Origin: Octopus bimaculoides
Taxonomy: Eukaryota
NCBI RefSeq assembly: GCF_001194135.2
Contig: NC_068985.1
Coordinates: 53,972,392-54,006,014, forward strand
DNA: 33,623 nucleotides
Direction: 5' to 3'
The notes beneath the pieces are model-generated. The model had not been told where the DNA came from. It searched no databases and worked only from the letters and a program-made list of their open reading frames with translations. This document shows positions 21,647-32,924 of the stretch, piece after piece. The position numbers were made by a program, and so were the translations under genes. Position 1 is the stretch's first letter; each line of letters opens with the position of its first letter.

Positions 21647-21889
21647 TATATATACGAGAGGGTACCCAAAAATGTAACTACACATGCACTTTTGGCAATA
21701 TTTTTTTTTGTCCTTCTTACTTTCCTATGTTTCCTGTTTCCAAAGAACTATGCTCAAAATGTAAAACAACCACTCTTTTCCATATACATATATATATATA
21801 TATACACATATGCATACATGCATGCATATACATACATGCATACATACATACATACATACATACATAAATACATACACACATGCCCAAAG

Positions 21890-22747
21890 AAGTCCCATAA
21901 CTACCGCAACATATCATCAGATGAAAGGATGAGCCTATATGAGCAGAAGACTATACATGGATATGTGAGTAGAAAGCTCCATGATGATAGTAACATCGAT
22001 CATCAAAGCAGTTTATCATGGATGAATAGCCGGATTATTACCTCCCACTTTGAAGGGTATGCATTTGCAATCTAGGAACAGGAAATATCAACCAAGTACC
22101 TGATGCACAAAAGGGACAGAGATGTGAGAAAAGCTGTAAAATGTGACAACCAATACAGACTTTGTGAAGTTCACACTGACGATATCACCCACATCATAAG
22201 CAGTTGTCCGAAAATGTCATCACAGTATTATCTACCGATGAGATATGACATTGTAGCTAGGACACTCTATAATGAAATCTGTTAGAAGGATAATTCCAAG
22301 GACAAAGAAATAAAAACCCACAATATGGTAGAAGCTATAGCCACTCATAATGGAAAGGAATACTGATGGAATGTACCAGTGAAGACCTCAATAAAATGTA
22401 AGCACAACAGACCTGATATAATGATTTGGGATAAAGAAGAGAAACTGTGCACAGTTGTGGAAATTAGCTGCCCAGTGGATGTTAACATAAATCTGAAGAT
22501 CAGTGAAAAAGAGAACACCTATGTTGAACTATTGAGAAATCTACAGTTACTCTAGCCAGATTACAAGTTCAGGCTTATACCTGTAATTATTGGGGCCCTG
22601 GGACCTGTAACACACTGCCTAAATACTAATCTTGAGAAATTAGGCTTCTCAAAACCAAAAAGGAGAAAGCTAATTCGAAGGCTACAGATCCAATCCATCA
22701 CTGGAACTGTAAAAATCTGTAAAACTTTCCAGAAGTTTATCATTTAA
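21890..22747 (+). mobile_element. R4/Dong-like non-LTR retrotransposon, C-terminal CCHC + restriction-like endonuclease (pseudogenised)
   Basis: One frame reads ...RLCEVHTDDITHIISSC...MRYDIVA...W...HNRPDIMIWDK...EISCPVD..I...EKENTY..L...PVIIGALG...KTFQKFII*, with four internal stops. Confidence 0.88.
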
Positions 22748-23539
22748 ATATATATATGAGTATGTCTAGTAATGTATCTCTATGCATGAGAATACATACA
22801 TAAAACAAAACAAATCTGCACATACATACATACATACATACATACGTACACACAAACAAAAATACCATTTTTGATGTTGAAATTCCAATGAAGGAACCTT
22901 GAATCTAGGTTAGAAACCAGTACTTTCTCTATTGGCAAGAAATCTTGAAATAAACTGAATAGTGACATACAAACATATACATCACTTATTCCTTATAAAA
23001 ATAAAAATGGTATATTACTAGAATATATTGAATGAGCTTTAAGTTTATTTTTCAACTGTTCTTCAATATAACTTTATATTAAATATTACTGCACACACAT
23101 ACACACGCATGCGCGCACACACACACACACACATATATATGCAATCAAGATAGAGAGATGTGTGTGTGTGTGTGTGTTGTACATACTGTGTGTAGGTGTG
23201 CACACGTATGTATGCATGTGTGCAGGCTTGTGATCAGCCTTGATGCTCTCACAGTAAAATATTTTTATCCATATAGGAATGTGTCTTCATTATAATCTTC
23301 AACATGATTCTGAACAAAACTGATATCAGACTTGCTTATCTTTGCAACTTACCATATTTCCAGAACCCAACCCTCAGCTGGCATCTTAAAAGATAAGAAG
23401 TCACAAGACATTATTGAAGAATTCTGAGATTTTTCTGAAAAACAACTTAAATATATAAAAACCTGTTCCATATATACTTTAGATTCCAAACCTCTTGAAG
23501 TAGAATTAAAGCTGAAAATGATTTCAGTGATTACTACTA

Positions 23540-23561
23540 TAACTACTACTACTACTACTAC

Positions 23562-23645
<84 letters not shown>

Positions 23646-23655
23646 TATTATTATT
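23540..23655. repeat. (TAC)n(TAT)n microsatellite
   Basis: Direct inspection; it follows (on minus) the 3' end of the adjacent R4-like copy. Confidence 0.95.
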
Positions 23656-23659
23656 TATT

Positions 23660-24255
23660 TTCATATGAAAATAATAATAGGCTGTTGGAAAAAAAAAATA
23701 ATAGACTGTTGGAAAAGAAAAGAATCCTAACATCAGGCTACAAGTCGCCTTAGATGCCAAGAACCTTCCTAATAACTGTCCCTAATAACAGTTTTCTGGA
23801 GCTGTATTAAACTGAACTGGGTTTTATGCCTATTTCCTCTGTCCAACTGTTCAGATTTTCAGAGATAGTTCCCAATGCACCTATAACTATTGGGATACAT
23901 TTTACCCACACTTTCCATAAGTCTCTGTAATTCAATAGTTAGGTCCTGGTACTTTACTATTTTTTCTATACCTCTTATATTAATTTTTTTATCATTTGGG
24001 ACTGTAAAGTCAATTATCTGATACTTTCTATTCTCTTTACTACTACCAAATCAGGCCTTCTAGCTTCTATTACTCTGTTAGTTTGAATGTTAAAGTCCCA
24101 TAATATCTTGTATTTCTTACTTTCTAGTACTTTACTAGGTTCATGTTTATACCTTTTATCAATATGCTCAAATCCTAGCTTTCCACATTACTCCCAGTGG
24201 ATTGCTCTCCATAGATTGTCATATCATTTCTTGTATTCTTTCTGTGCCAGCATAC
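23660..24255 (-). mobile_element. R4/Dong-like RLE domain fragment and 3' end
   Basis: KILWDFNIQTNRVIEARRPDL...IIDFTVPND...KYQDL...IPIVIGALG...RKVLGI* (stop at 23752-23750). Confidence 0.85.
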
Positions 24256-24257
24256 TA

Positions 24258-24845
24258 TCAGGTCATCCCATAAGTTCTGTCCGATTTTACCTTTTTTAAA
24301 ATTGAATGTAATTTAATAGTATTTTAGAATGTTTAATGGAATTAAAAATTATTTTTATACATTTGTGTACATTTAAACTAATTAAATATTATTTTACAGA
24401 ATAATACAATTAAAATTTCTTTGATTAAAACCCTTTCTAACATGAAAGTATCCAAAGAGCATTTGAGGTACATAATGCTTTATGAGTACAAAAAAGGAAA
24501 CTCTGCAGCCGAAGCAACTTGAAACATACACTCNNNNNNNNNNGAAGATCGAACAGGACGTCCAGTTGAGTTTGAAGATAAGCTCCTTGAGGCATTACTT
24601 AAAGAAAATCCTGCATTATCAGTTAAAGAATTGGCAATAAAGCTTAGTTCAAACCATACAACTGTTCATCGTCATCTTCAACGACTTAGAAAGGTTCCTA
24701 AACTTGGAAAATGGGTGCCTCATGAATTGTCCAAAAGCAACCGCAAATCCCGAGTTGACATCTGCTCTTCTCTCCATTCTCGCGAACTCATTTCACCCTT
24801 TTTGGATAGACTTGTTACTGGTGATGAAAAATGGATCTTCTATCG
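24258..24845 (+). mobile_element. Mariner element, 5' half (left TIR + transposase N-terminus), inserted at a TA within the R4-like element
   Basis: TA then TCAGGTCATCCCATAAGTTCTGTCCG TIR; ATG at 24442 MKVSKEHLRYIMLYEYKKG...GRP...WVPHEL...LVTGDEKWIFY. Confidence 0.9.
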
Positions 24846-24849
24846 AGCA

Positions 24850-25600
24850 AAAGGGCAAAAGCTCGCTCGATCTCAATTTTCAGTACACTCTGGAGAGCTT
24901 ACCTGCTACTACTGTGATATGCTCTTTCAATTCTTCTATTACTGTTCCAAATCCATTCTCTTTGACTAAGTATCTTTCTCGAGGGAAGATCTGCATCATG
25001 TGTTTCTAAACTTGTTTGTTTTTCGGGCTTTTATTCTGCTCAGATCTTGTCTTAGAGCCTTCACTTTATTTTGTAGGTTCCTTTTCACATTTGCTCTTTT
25101 ATAATCTTTCCCTGTGAGATATCTAATCTTCTGGTGACTACTACCCCTCCTGCATAGATCAATAAGTTAGAGTCTCCTATATTTTTAGCATCTATTCTCC
25201 TGATAACAGAATCTACTTCCCTAGTCATTTCTAGCATCTTCCTTCTGTTGATGTCTTTTAATGCTGGCAATCTTTTTCTTACTTCTTTACTCATTATTTC
25301 CTGCAACTCATTTAAAATCTTCTGATCTTCTTCACTTAAATCACTTAAGTTGTTCGTGCCAGTTGTCCCTTCCTTAGTGCTAGTGCCATTATTATTTTTT
25401 CTTTTAGCTTCTGCTTTGGTTTGAGCGGTATCTCTTATGTTATTTTTTTTGTCTTTCCCACTCCCTGGTCTTTCTTTTCCAGTTCTCTTGTGATCTCTTC
25501 TACCTCTAATTCTGTCATCCACTTTCTTCTAAGAGTATTAGCTTGATCAACTAATCTCTGCTCATCACTTTAAACATACCATCTCTACCCAAAGTATTAA
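24850..25600 (-). mobile_element. Probable N-terminal region of an R4-like element
   Basis: ORF 25085-25522 (...RKRLPALKDINRRKM...NLLIYAGGVVVTRRL) and the upstream QRLVDQA-like segment resemble the pre-RT region of R4-clade ORFs, as recalled; same orientation as 23660-24255. Confidence 0.55.
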
Positions 25601-25699
25601 CATCTGTTTTCTATAGCCCCTTCTTTTAAGTTCACTTTCTAAATAGCACTGCATCACTATCTTGTTGCAGTGCTACTTAGAAAGTGAACTTAAAAATTA

Positions 25700-26025
25700 T
25701 CATTATTATTATCTTATTGTCTTTGCACAGCTTCTAATACTGAAGATGTACTATAGTGTCAGCTGTTCACTACCAGTGAACTAAGGTAACACCCCTTATT
25801 TTTCAAGCACCGTCCAGAGTAGTCGAGCAGTTCCAAGCAGTGTTGTTTTCTGCAAGTGCACCACTCTTATTGCAGCCCCTATTTGTTCCAAATACTTCTC
25901 AAGATTTTTACTCTCTGTTGCCAGGGCTCTGATAATCATTGGTACTACTATCATCTTTTTCAGCAACCACAACTGCTTAACCTCCCAAGATAACCTGTCA
26001 TATTTATTGACTTTTCTTTCTTCCT
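25700..26025 (-). mobile_element. 5'-truncated R4/Dong-like 3' end flanked by (TAA)n
   Basis: EKVNKYDRLSWEVKQLWLLKKMIVVPMIIRAL...LQKTTLLGTARLL; (TAA)n on both sides on the minus strand. Confidence 0.8.
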
Positions 26026-26027
26026 TA

Positions 26028-26086
<59 letters not shown>

Positions 26087-26099
26087 CGTTTGATAGTTT

Positions 26100-26760
26100 C
26101 AGGCAAGTTTCTACTGCATCACCTGCTACACCTCTATGTTGCTGGGGTGTGTGCAACATTGTGTATTCTGTTTTATTATGGGGTCTGTTCACAGTCTTTT
26201 GTTGTATTAGTGTTGGTATTGTGTGTTGTGTGTGTAATGCAAGTTGTGTTCTTCTCTTAGGTATCTGGCTTATAGAGTACTTGTGGTGGGGGTTGTTTAT
26301 TTTATTGGATATTTACTGTATAGAGTGTTTTGTGTTTGTGGTTTGTTTTGTTTGAGTTGTATTATTGAATTGATAGTGTCTTTCAAAGGATGTGGGCTGT
26401 TCCTAGCAGGCTACTTTTTTGGACAGTGTGTAGTGTTGAGGATCCAGATATAGTTTCTATGTTTTTGTCAATAGTTTTTATTTTTTTATTGTACCCAATG
26501 CTCCAATTATTACTGGTATTGTTTTCACCTTCATGCCCCACATCTTGAATACATCAATTTTGAGGTCTTTGTGCATAAACAATTTCTCCATTTCATTTTG
26601 GGCAATATTTTGGTCAGAAGAGACTGCAGTGTCTGTCAGTAAGCAGGTATTTTTTCCCCATCCTTGATTATTATGTCCAGGTGATTAGTATTTATTTTTT
26701 TGTCAGTTTGAACAGGTATATCCCAATATCTCAGATGATTGTGGCCTGATCATTGTCATC
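26100..26760 (-). mobile_element. R4/Dong-like RLE fragment plus 3' UTR
   Basis: WDIPVQTDKK...TCLLTDTAV..D.NI...EMEK...KDLKIDVFKMWGMKVKTIPVIIGALG. Confidence 0.8.
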
Positions 26761-26789
26761 TATTTTGTTTAGCGCATGTTTGTATTATT

Positions 26790-26822
<33 letters not shown>

Positions 26823-27395
26823 ATATGTTTGACTTTTGTTTTGTATTTGTACAAGTTGACTCCAAGTCTCACTCAGAAACCTCAAGAGATAGCAAGTTAG
26901 AAGTTCAAGTTGTTGTTATGCCTAGGATGCCATATATTTGGTTTGCACAAAGTATTGTTCTTGAAAATGTTTAAAAAAACATAAGAAAATTATAAGTTTG
27001 TTTTAAAATTTGAAATTACATAGACAGTATTTTATGTAGGATATGGAAAGTTCCCATGAGCACTATCTTTTGAATTTCTGCCATTTTGGGGTTTCCTGGT
27101 ATCTGAGGTAGATAGGAATCAGCCCCATTTGTTATCATTCCTAGGGCATCTATGACAACAAGTACTGTTTTAGTCTTGAGGTTCCACATTTTGCCAATTT
27201 CTATTTCAAGATCTTTATACTTGCTCAGTTTTTGGTAGGTCTTGACAGATACATTTTTGACGATTGGGACAGTTATATCAATGAGGAGGCATGATTTTTG
27301 TCTGAAGTCCTTCTGGCCTACTTGCATCTATCTTTCTGTCAGTTTGAATGGTGAAGTTCCAGAGGAGTAAGATGTGATCCTTTTGAAGTACTGCA
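26790..27395 (-). mobile_element. R4/Dong-like RLE fragment plus 3' UTR and (AAC)n tail
   Basis: ORF 27016-27327 CLLIDITVP..KNVSVKTYQKLSKYKDLEIEIGKMWNLKTKTVLVVIDALG...LMGTFHILHKILSM*, with upstream LLWNFTIQTDRKID. Confidence 0.85.
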
Positions 27396-27414
27396 GGTGA
27401 TTTGTGTTCCCACC

Positions 27415-27590
27415 AGTTTTTATCATGGGAAGAAGAAGAAGAAGAAAGTTTTTATCATGGGAAGGAGGAAGAGGAGGAAGAGGAGGAGGAGGAGGAGAAG
27501 AAGAAGAAGAAGAAGAAGAAGAAGAAGAAGAAGAAGAAGAAGAAGAAGAAGAAGGAGAAGAACAACAACAACAACAACAACAACAACAAG
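27415..27590. repeat. Compound triplet repeat (GAA/GGA)n(CAA)n with a duplicated 17-nt flank
   Basis: GTTTTTATCATGGGAAG occurs twice, followed by about 100 nt of pure purine triplets. Confidence 0.9.
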
Positions 27591-27805
27591 GGCTTGAAAG
27601 TTTGGCACAAGACCAACAGCTTCAGGGGAGTAGGTAAGTTGATTACATTGGCCCCAGGGTTCAACTGCTACTTATTTTATCAACCCTAAAAGGATGAAAG
27701 GCTAAGTCATCCTCAGTGGAATTTGAACTCAGAAAGTAGAGACAGATGAAATATCACTAAGCATTTTGCCCAGCATGCAAAGGACTCTGCCAGCTTGTGA
27801 CCTTA
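27590..27805 (-). mobile_element. SINE family B, full-length copy
   Basis: Reverse complement of the units at 11691-12120. Confidence 0.8.
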
Positions 27806-28899
27806 CAAATGGTAGAGAAATTAAGTTAAAAAAAAATTACCAAAGTTGCTGGAAAGATGGTGGATAATCTTGTGAGCTTTAATGTGTCAAAGAACAAATT
27901 GCTGATAATAGGTTCACTATTTCTTGGTTCTTTACAAGAAAATTATATTGTTATATTTAGTTCTTCATTTGCAACATTGCAAAGTAGTTGATAAATAAGT
28001 AAGCCATGGAAACCATACCACAGTAGAGTTAGAAACATTAAAGCAGTTCCTGGCCCCTCTGGATCCTATCAAGCCATCCATCACATGCCAGCATGGAACA
28101 TAAACCTTAACTGACAAAGATGATGGTGGTGATGGTGATGACGACAACGATGACAATGATGACAACAACAAGGACAACAACAAAGACGACAATAATAAAT
28201 ATCTTGACTAGAAACTGACTAAATATCATGACTAAATATCAAATATATTTGATGTCGGAGACACCATTAAATATTAAGAGACCACGTCTAGTTGATGATG
28301 TCAATTATCTCAACTAATTATAAATTATTGCCAATTATTTGAAGAAACAACAAATTTCTTTTCATGTAAGCTTGTTTTTTTTACTTTATTTTTAAGAAAT
28401 ACCAACAAAATTTAATTAAATATTCGTTTATTTGGATTTTTTTTTTTTTTGCTTTATTTGGTTCAACATCACTTTTGAAAAGTATGTATGTATGTATGTA
28501 TGTATGTATGTATGATTAAAAACAGGACCTGTTGAAAGGTCAGATAAACGTAGTGCGGGCTCAATGGCTATCTAGCAATAGCACAGGTATGCAGAAATTT
28601 TGGGATGGTGTCTGGCATGCTGGAAGACCGCTGGAAGGGAGGCACCTCTCAGCTTCTGTTGAAGCATGTCTCCAGGAGAAGGTCACTCTGATATAAAACC
28701 AGTTATGCAAGGAATGGCATTGGACATTTTGGGGATCTTTGGTTTGTGCTAGAGATCATGGCACTCCCACATCCCTGAGCCTGTGACTCATATTAGCACC
28801 AGACATCTTGCTCTGGCTTGTCTCTGGATAATGTCAATAGAATGGAGAGGGTCTATGAGGTATCATGCAAGCCTAATGCACCTATGATGGACAATAGGT

Positions 28900-29960
28900 A
28901 CAAATGAAAATTTATAGTCAGGTTACAAGAGCTAGAAGTTCTACATTAAATCACTAAAAATGTTTATTTCCTGGACTTTTAGTGATATGTTCACATTTCT
29001 TGGATGCTGGCCTCTGCAGCAGTGCATAACTTTTGTTCTCTGTCCCACAAAACATTATCAAGTCAGTTGTGTTTGCAGCAGATTGCTGTTTTTATTGGTG
29101 TATATCTTTCTAGGTGCAATGTAAAGTATCTGTCACAGGTCCAAGAGAGGCCACCTTTTCTGTTAATGCTGCTGTTATCCTCTAGCTTATGAGATATGCA
29201 CCCATGCATTACTTTTTGTTGGTATGATGCATGCTTCGTCTTCCAGCTCTGGTTTAGGTATGTCAATTCAGCCTCCTTTGGGTCAGATGAAACAGTTTAG
29301 TTGTATGAGTATGTATGTATGTATGTATGTATGTATGTATGTATGTATGTGTGATTATGTATGTATGTGTGATTATTTAAGTCCCTAAGAGAGTTCAAAA
29401 CAGTCATTAACAAAGCAACAAGATATGTTGAGTTAAGAAGGCTCCTGATGTTTGTAAATACCTACTCTGAAACTGCCATTCCTCTCACTTTTGAGTATGC
29501 ATGTAATATACTTGTTTCTTTCTTTGCTGCCCAGCAGGTGTTGTCTGAGTGATACAATGTGACATTCAAAAACTGTTTGAACTGACCTTATGCCTTTGCC
29601 ATCATCTCTTCCTCCCACATAGGTCCTCTCAAAGTTGTTGTTAATGTGGAAGTTGCCAGTGGTGGTCAGTATCTTTTCAGTTCTGATGTTCATGATGTGA
29701 ATCTCATCAAATGTCCAGTCCAGTATTCCATATGTTGGTACTAGCACTGGCACTGACAAAAGCATTGTGAGATACCGTCTTGTTAAATGCGGACATTTTT
29801 GACTTCCGTATTTTCCAGAGTTTGCAGAAAAACTCTTTTTTTATTCTAGTTTTAGTCATAACACCAACATATGCAACATTCTCATCGATTCTGAGATACA
29901 TATAGCTTTCATCATTAAAGATAGAGGGGATAGACAAATCATTGATGTACATGTTCTCTG
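28900..29960 (-). mobile_element. R4/Dong-like RT C-terminal to RLE region, internally deleted
   Basis: YMYLRIDEN...KKEFF...NKTVSHNAF, VPVLVPTYGILDWT...GGRDDGKGIRS, LSWTCDRY...HN*LDNVLWDREQKLCT; same subfamily as 21890-22747. Confidence 0.8.
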
Positions 29961-30485
29961 CCTGGTTGACATTCTATGCTGGGGAGGAAATGTAGCTCAC
30001 CCCACCTTGCAACTCCTCTCTTGACATTGACCCTTTTCAGATGGGATATATCAGGGAGTACCCTACCCACCTAACTTCTGGCTAGAACCTAGAGGCAAAT
30101 TCCTGGAACTCATGCAGCCACAACATCCATCCTGAGTGACAACTCTAAAGCAAAACAGGTCTTTACTAGTCATTACTTAATACTCACATGCAATTGAATT
30201 CATCTCAAAAAAATTCTATTTATTGAGATCAAATCCAATTGCACATGGGTATTAAATAATCGTGTATGTATATTATTATATTATGAATTCAATATTGATA
30301 TTATTATCAATATTTATTTTCATAAAATGTATTTCCTATAATGAAACAATTGCAACTACAGAATTAAAAATAATACCATAAATTCCAGTCTTTGTTTCAA
30401 TATGTGTGTGTGTGTTCATGTGCACATGTATGTGTGTGTGTGCATGTGTGAGTGAATATATATGTATGCATGCATATATGTATGT

Positions 30486-30528
<43 letters not shown>

Positions 30529-30708
30529 ACAGAAAAGAAAATTCATGAGATTCTTTATTCAAAACAATTACAGTTGTTTTGACACAGCATTCTGCAAGGT
30601 TGTTACCTGAATATAACTTAACTATATACATATCTATATGTATATCTACACATAGAGATATGTACATGGATGTGTGTGTGTGTGTGTGTGTGTATAAGTG
30701 ATGGAGTA

Positions 30709-30760
30709 GTAGTACTGATGAGCTTTAATTTCAAGCAAAATTGGCTTGCCAATTTAGTAC
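30709..30760 (+). ncRNA. Type I hammerhead motif, copy 1 (core GAAA mutated to AAAA)
   Basis: GTAGTA-CTGATGA-GCTT-TAATTTC-AAGC-AAAA-TTGGC-TT-GCCAA-T-T-TAGTAC; AUU triplet at 30752-30754. Confidence 0.65.
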
Positions 30761-31047
30761 CCTAGCTTGCTATAGGGTGGTTAACTCCCCTGTTTGTACA
30801 TAGACTTGCGCTATATTTGTGGCTAGAAAAGTCTTTGACTCTTATTTCTAGCAATATAGGAGCTACAATGCACCCTCAGTCACTATTAGCAACAACTAAA
30901 TTTTTCTTTTTGGTTTTATATTGTATCTAGTCACCTTAATTATTTTATGATTTTTACATTACTATTTTACTGAATCAGTCATTGATTCTTATGGTAATAT
31001 CTGTATACTAACAGGTTGGAATTGACTTAACTATAAACAATGATGTA

Positions 31048-31099
31048 ATACTACTGATGAGCTTTAGTTTCTAGTGAAATTGGCTTGCCAGTTTACTAC
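31048..31099 (+). ncRNA. Type I hammerhead motif, copy 2 (core boxes intact)
   Basis: ATACTA-CTGATGA-GCT-TTAGTTTCT-AGT-GAAA-TTGGC-TT-GCCAG-T-T-TACTAC; GUU triplet at 31091-31093. Confidence 0.7.
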
Positions 31100-31204
31100 C
31101 CTCTTTTGCTATGGGGCAGTTAACTCTCAGTACATGGACTTGTGCTATGTTTGTGGCTATAAGGGTCTTTGATTCTTATTAGTTTCAGTGTAGGTGCTAC
31201 AATA

Positions 31205-31900
31205 TACAATATACATTGCACATCCAGCGAAGCATACTGGCTTCATTTCTTTCAAGCCTACAAATGTACTCAGCTGTTACAGCTCATGTTTCACTGCCAT
31301 GCAACATAGCTGTTCACACTCAGGCATCAAACAATCTGCCTTTCACTCTGAGAAAGAGGCCCTTTGTTGCCAGCAGGAGTAGGAGTTCCACTACTATCTT
31401 GGTCACCTAAATAACAGAAGCTATCTGCTACTTCTAGCTTGTCCCCCTGGCAGTTGATGGAGTCTATTTTCTGCCCATTTTCTGTGTTTATTGTACCTGT
31501 GCATCTTCCGCATACAAAAGCTAGTTTCCCTGTTAACTTTCCCCTGATATTGCTGCACCTTTTATGTATCCAAAGTTTACACCGGGTGCATCTAATGGAG
31601 TCTCTACCTACACCTTTTCTACAGATTGAGAAGATTTGTGTGTCTATATCTGAAGGGATTTGTGATTTGTCTGCCTTCCTACTTACTATGACTTTGGTTT
31701 TTGCTAGGTTAACTCTAAGGCCCTTCGATTCTAGACCTTGCTTCCATATCTGGAACATCTTGTTTAGTTCAAGTAGTGATTAAGCTGTAAGAGCAAGATC
31801 ATCAGCATAGAGGAGCTCCCAAGGGTAGCCTGTCTTGAATTCCTCTGTTATTGCCTGGAGGACTGTGATGAACAATTTGTACTTCTTTGTAAAAAAACAT
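31205..31900 (-). mobile_element. RTE-clade LINE reverse transcriptase fragment with a Cys-rich (PHD-like) insertion
   Basis: LFITVLQAITEEFKTGYPWELLYADDLAL...KGLRVNLAKTK...ICRKGVGRDSIRCTRCKLWIHKRCS...CGRC...FCYLGD...RVKGRLFDA...MLHGSE...RWMCN. Confidence 0.9.
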
Positions 31901-32708
31901 TTTCATTCTCCTTCTTCTTGATAATTTGCTCCTTCGCAATGAAAACCGGTTAGAANNNNNNNNNNNNNNNNNNNNNNNNNNNNNNNNNNNNNNNNNNNNN
32001 NNNNNNNNNNNNNNNNNNNNNNNNNNNNNNNNNNNNNNNNNNNNNNNNNNNNNNNNNNNNNNNNNNNNNNNNNNNNNNNNNNNNNNNNNNNNNNNNNNNN
32101 NNNNNNNNNNNNNNNNNNNNNNNNNNNNNNNNNNNNNNNNNNNNNNNNNNNNNNNNNNNNNNNNNNNNNNNNNNNNNNNNNNNNNNNNNNNNNNNNNNNN
32201 NNNNNNNNNNNNNNNNNNNNNNNNNNNNNNNNNNNNNNNNNNNNNNNNNNNNNNNNNNNNNNNNNNNNNNNNNNNNNNNNNNNNNNNNNNNNNNNNNNNN
32301 NNNNNNNNNNNNNNNNNNNNNNNNNNNNNNNNNNNNNNNNNNNNNNNNNNNNNNNNNNNNNNNNNNNNNNNNNNNNNNNNNNNNNNNNNNNNNNNNNNNN
32401 NNNNNNNNNNNNNNNNNNNNNNNNNNNNNNNNNNNNNNNNNNNNNNNNNNNNNNNNNNNNNNNNNNNNNNNNNNNNNNNNNNNNNNNNNNNNNNNNNNNN
32501 NNNNNNNNNNNNNNNNNNNNNNNNNNNNNNNNNNNNNNNNNNNNNNNNNNNNNNNNNNNNNNNNNNNNNNNNNNNNNNNNNNNNNNNNNNNNNNNNNNNN
32601 NNNNNNNNNNNNNNNNNNNNNNNNNNNNNNNNNNNNNNNNNNNNNNNNNNNNNNNNNNNNNNNNNNNNNNNNNNNNNNNNNNNNNNNNNNNNNNNNNNNN
32701 NNNNNNNN

Positions 32709-32890
32709 GGCAACGATCTCGCTCGAATGTCTTTTCACATGCCACTGGCACAAGTGCCAGGAAGGCGACGTTGGTAACGATCACGTTCAAATGGTGCTAT
32801 TTACGTGCCACCAGCACGGAAGCCAGACAGCTGCTCTGGCAACGATCACGCTCGGACGGTGCTCTTAGTCCTCCACTGGTACAGGTGCTA
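32709..32890 (-). mobile_element. RTE 3' UTR sub-repeat region
   Basis: Three GGC/GGTAACGATC units, the reverse complement of the GATCGTTGCCAG sub-repeats at 21260-21430. Confidence 0.7.
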
Positions 32891-32924
32891 TCATATGATA
32901 TATATATATATATATATATATATA

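Larger units (their letters stand above)
30692..31203 (+). mobile_element. Tandem hammerhead-bearing repeat (339-nt period): non-LTR retrozyme / Penelope pseudo-LTR type
   Basis: 30692-30875 aligns with 31031-31203 at roughly 75-80% identity by eye; the second copy is truncated by an RTE fragment. Confidence 0.65.

Noticed and set aside
22880-22930. CCAATGA-AGG-AACCT-loop-AGGTT-AGAAAC after the R4 copy looks hammerhead-like
   Set aside because: The core is altered (CCAATGA), the spacing is non-canonical, and no stem I/III could be built.
27841-27929. LFFDTLKL resembles glycine decarboxylase (LFFDTLKI); the opposite strand weakly resembles lipase or GH18 motifs
   Set aside because: Similarity is limited to a few residues and the flanks do not align, so no gene name was assigned.
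28520-28900. GC-richer block, and a similar one at 29990-30170
   Set aside because: Probably 5' or internal parts of repeats, but no ORF, terminus or family could be supported.
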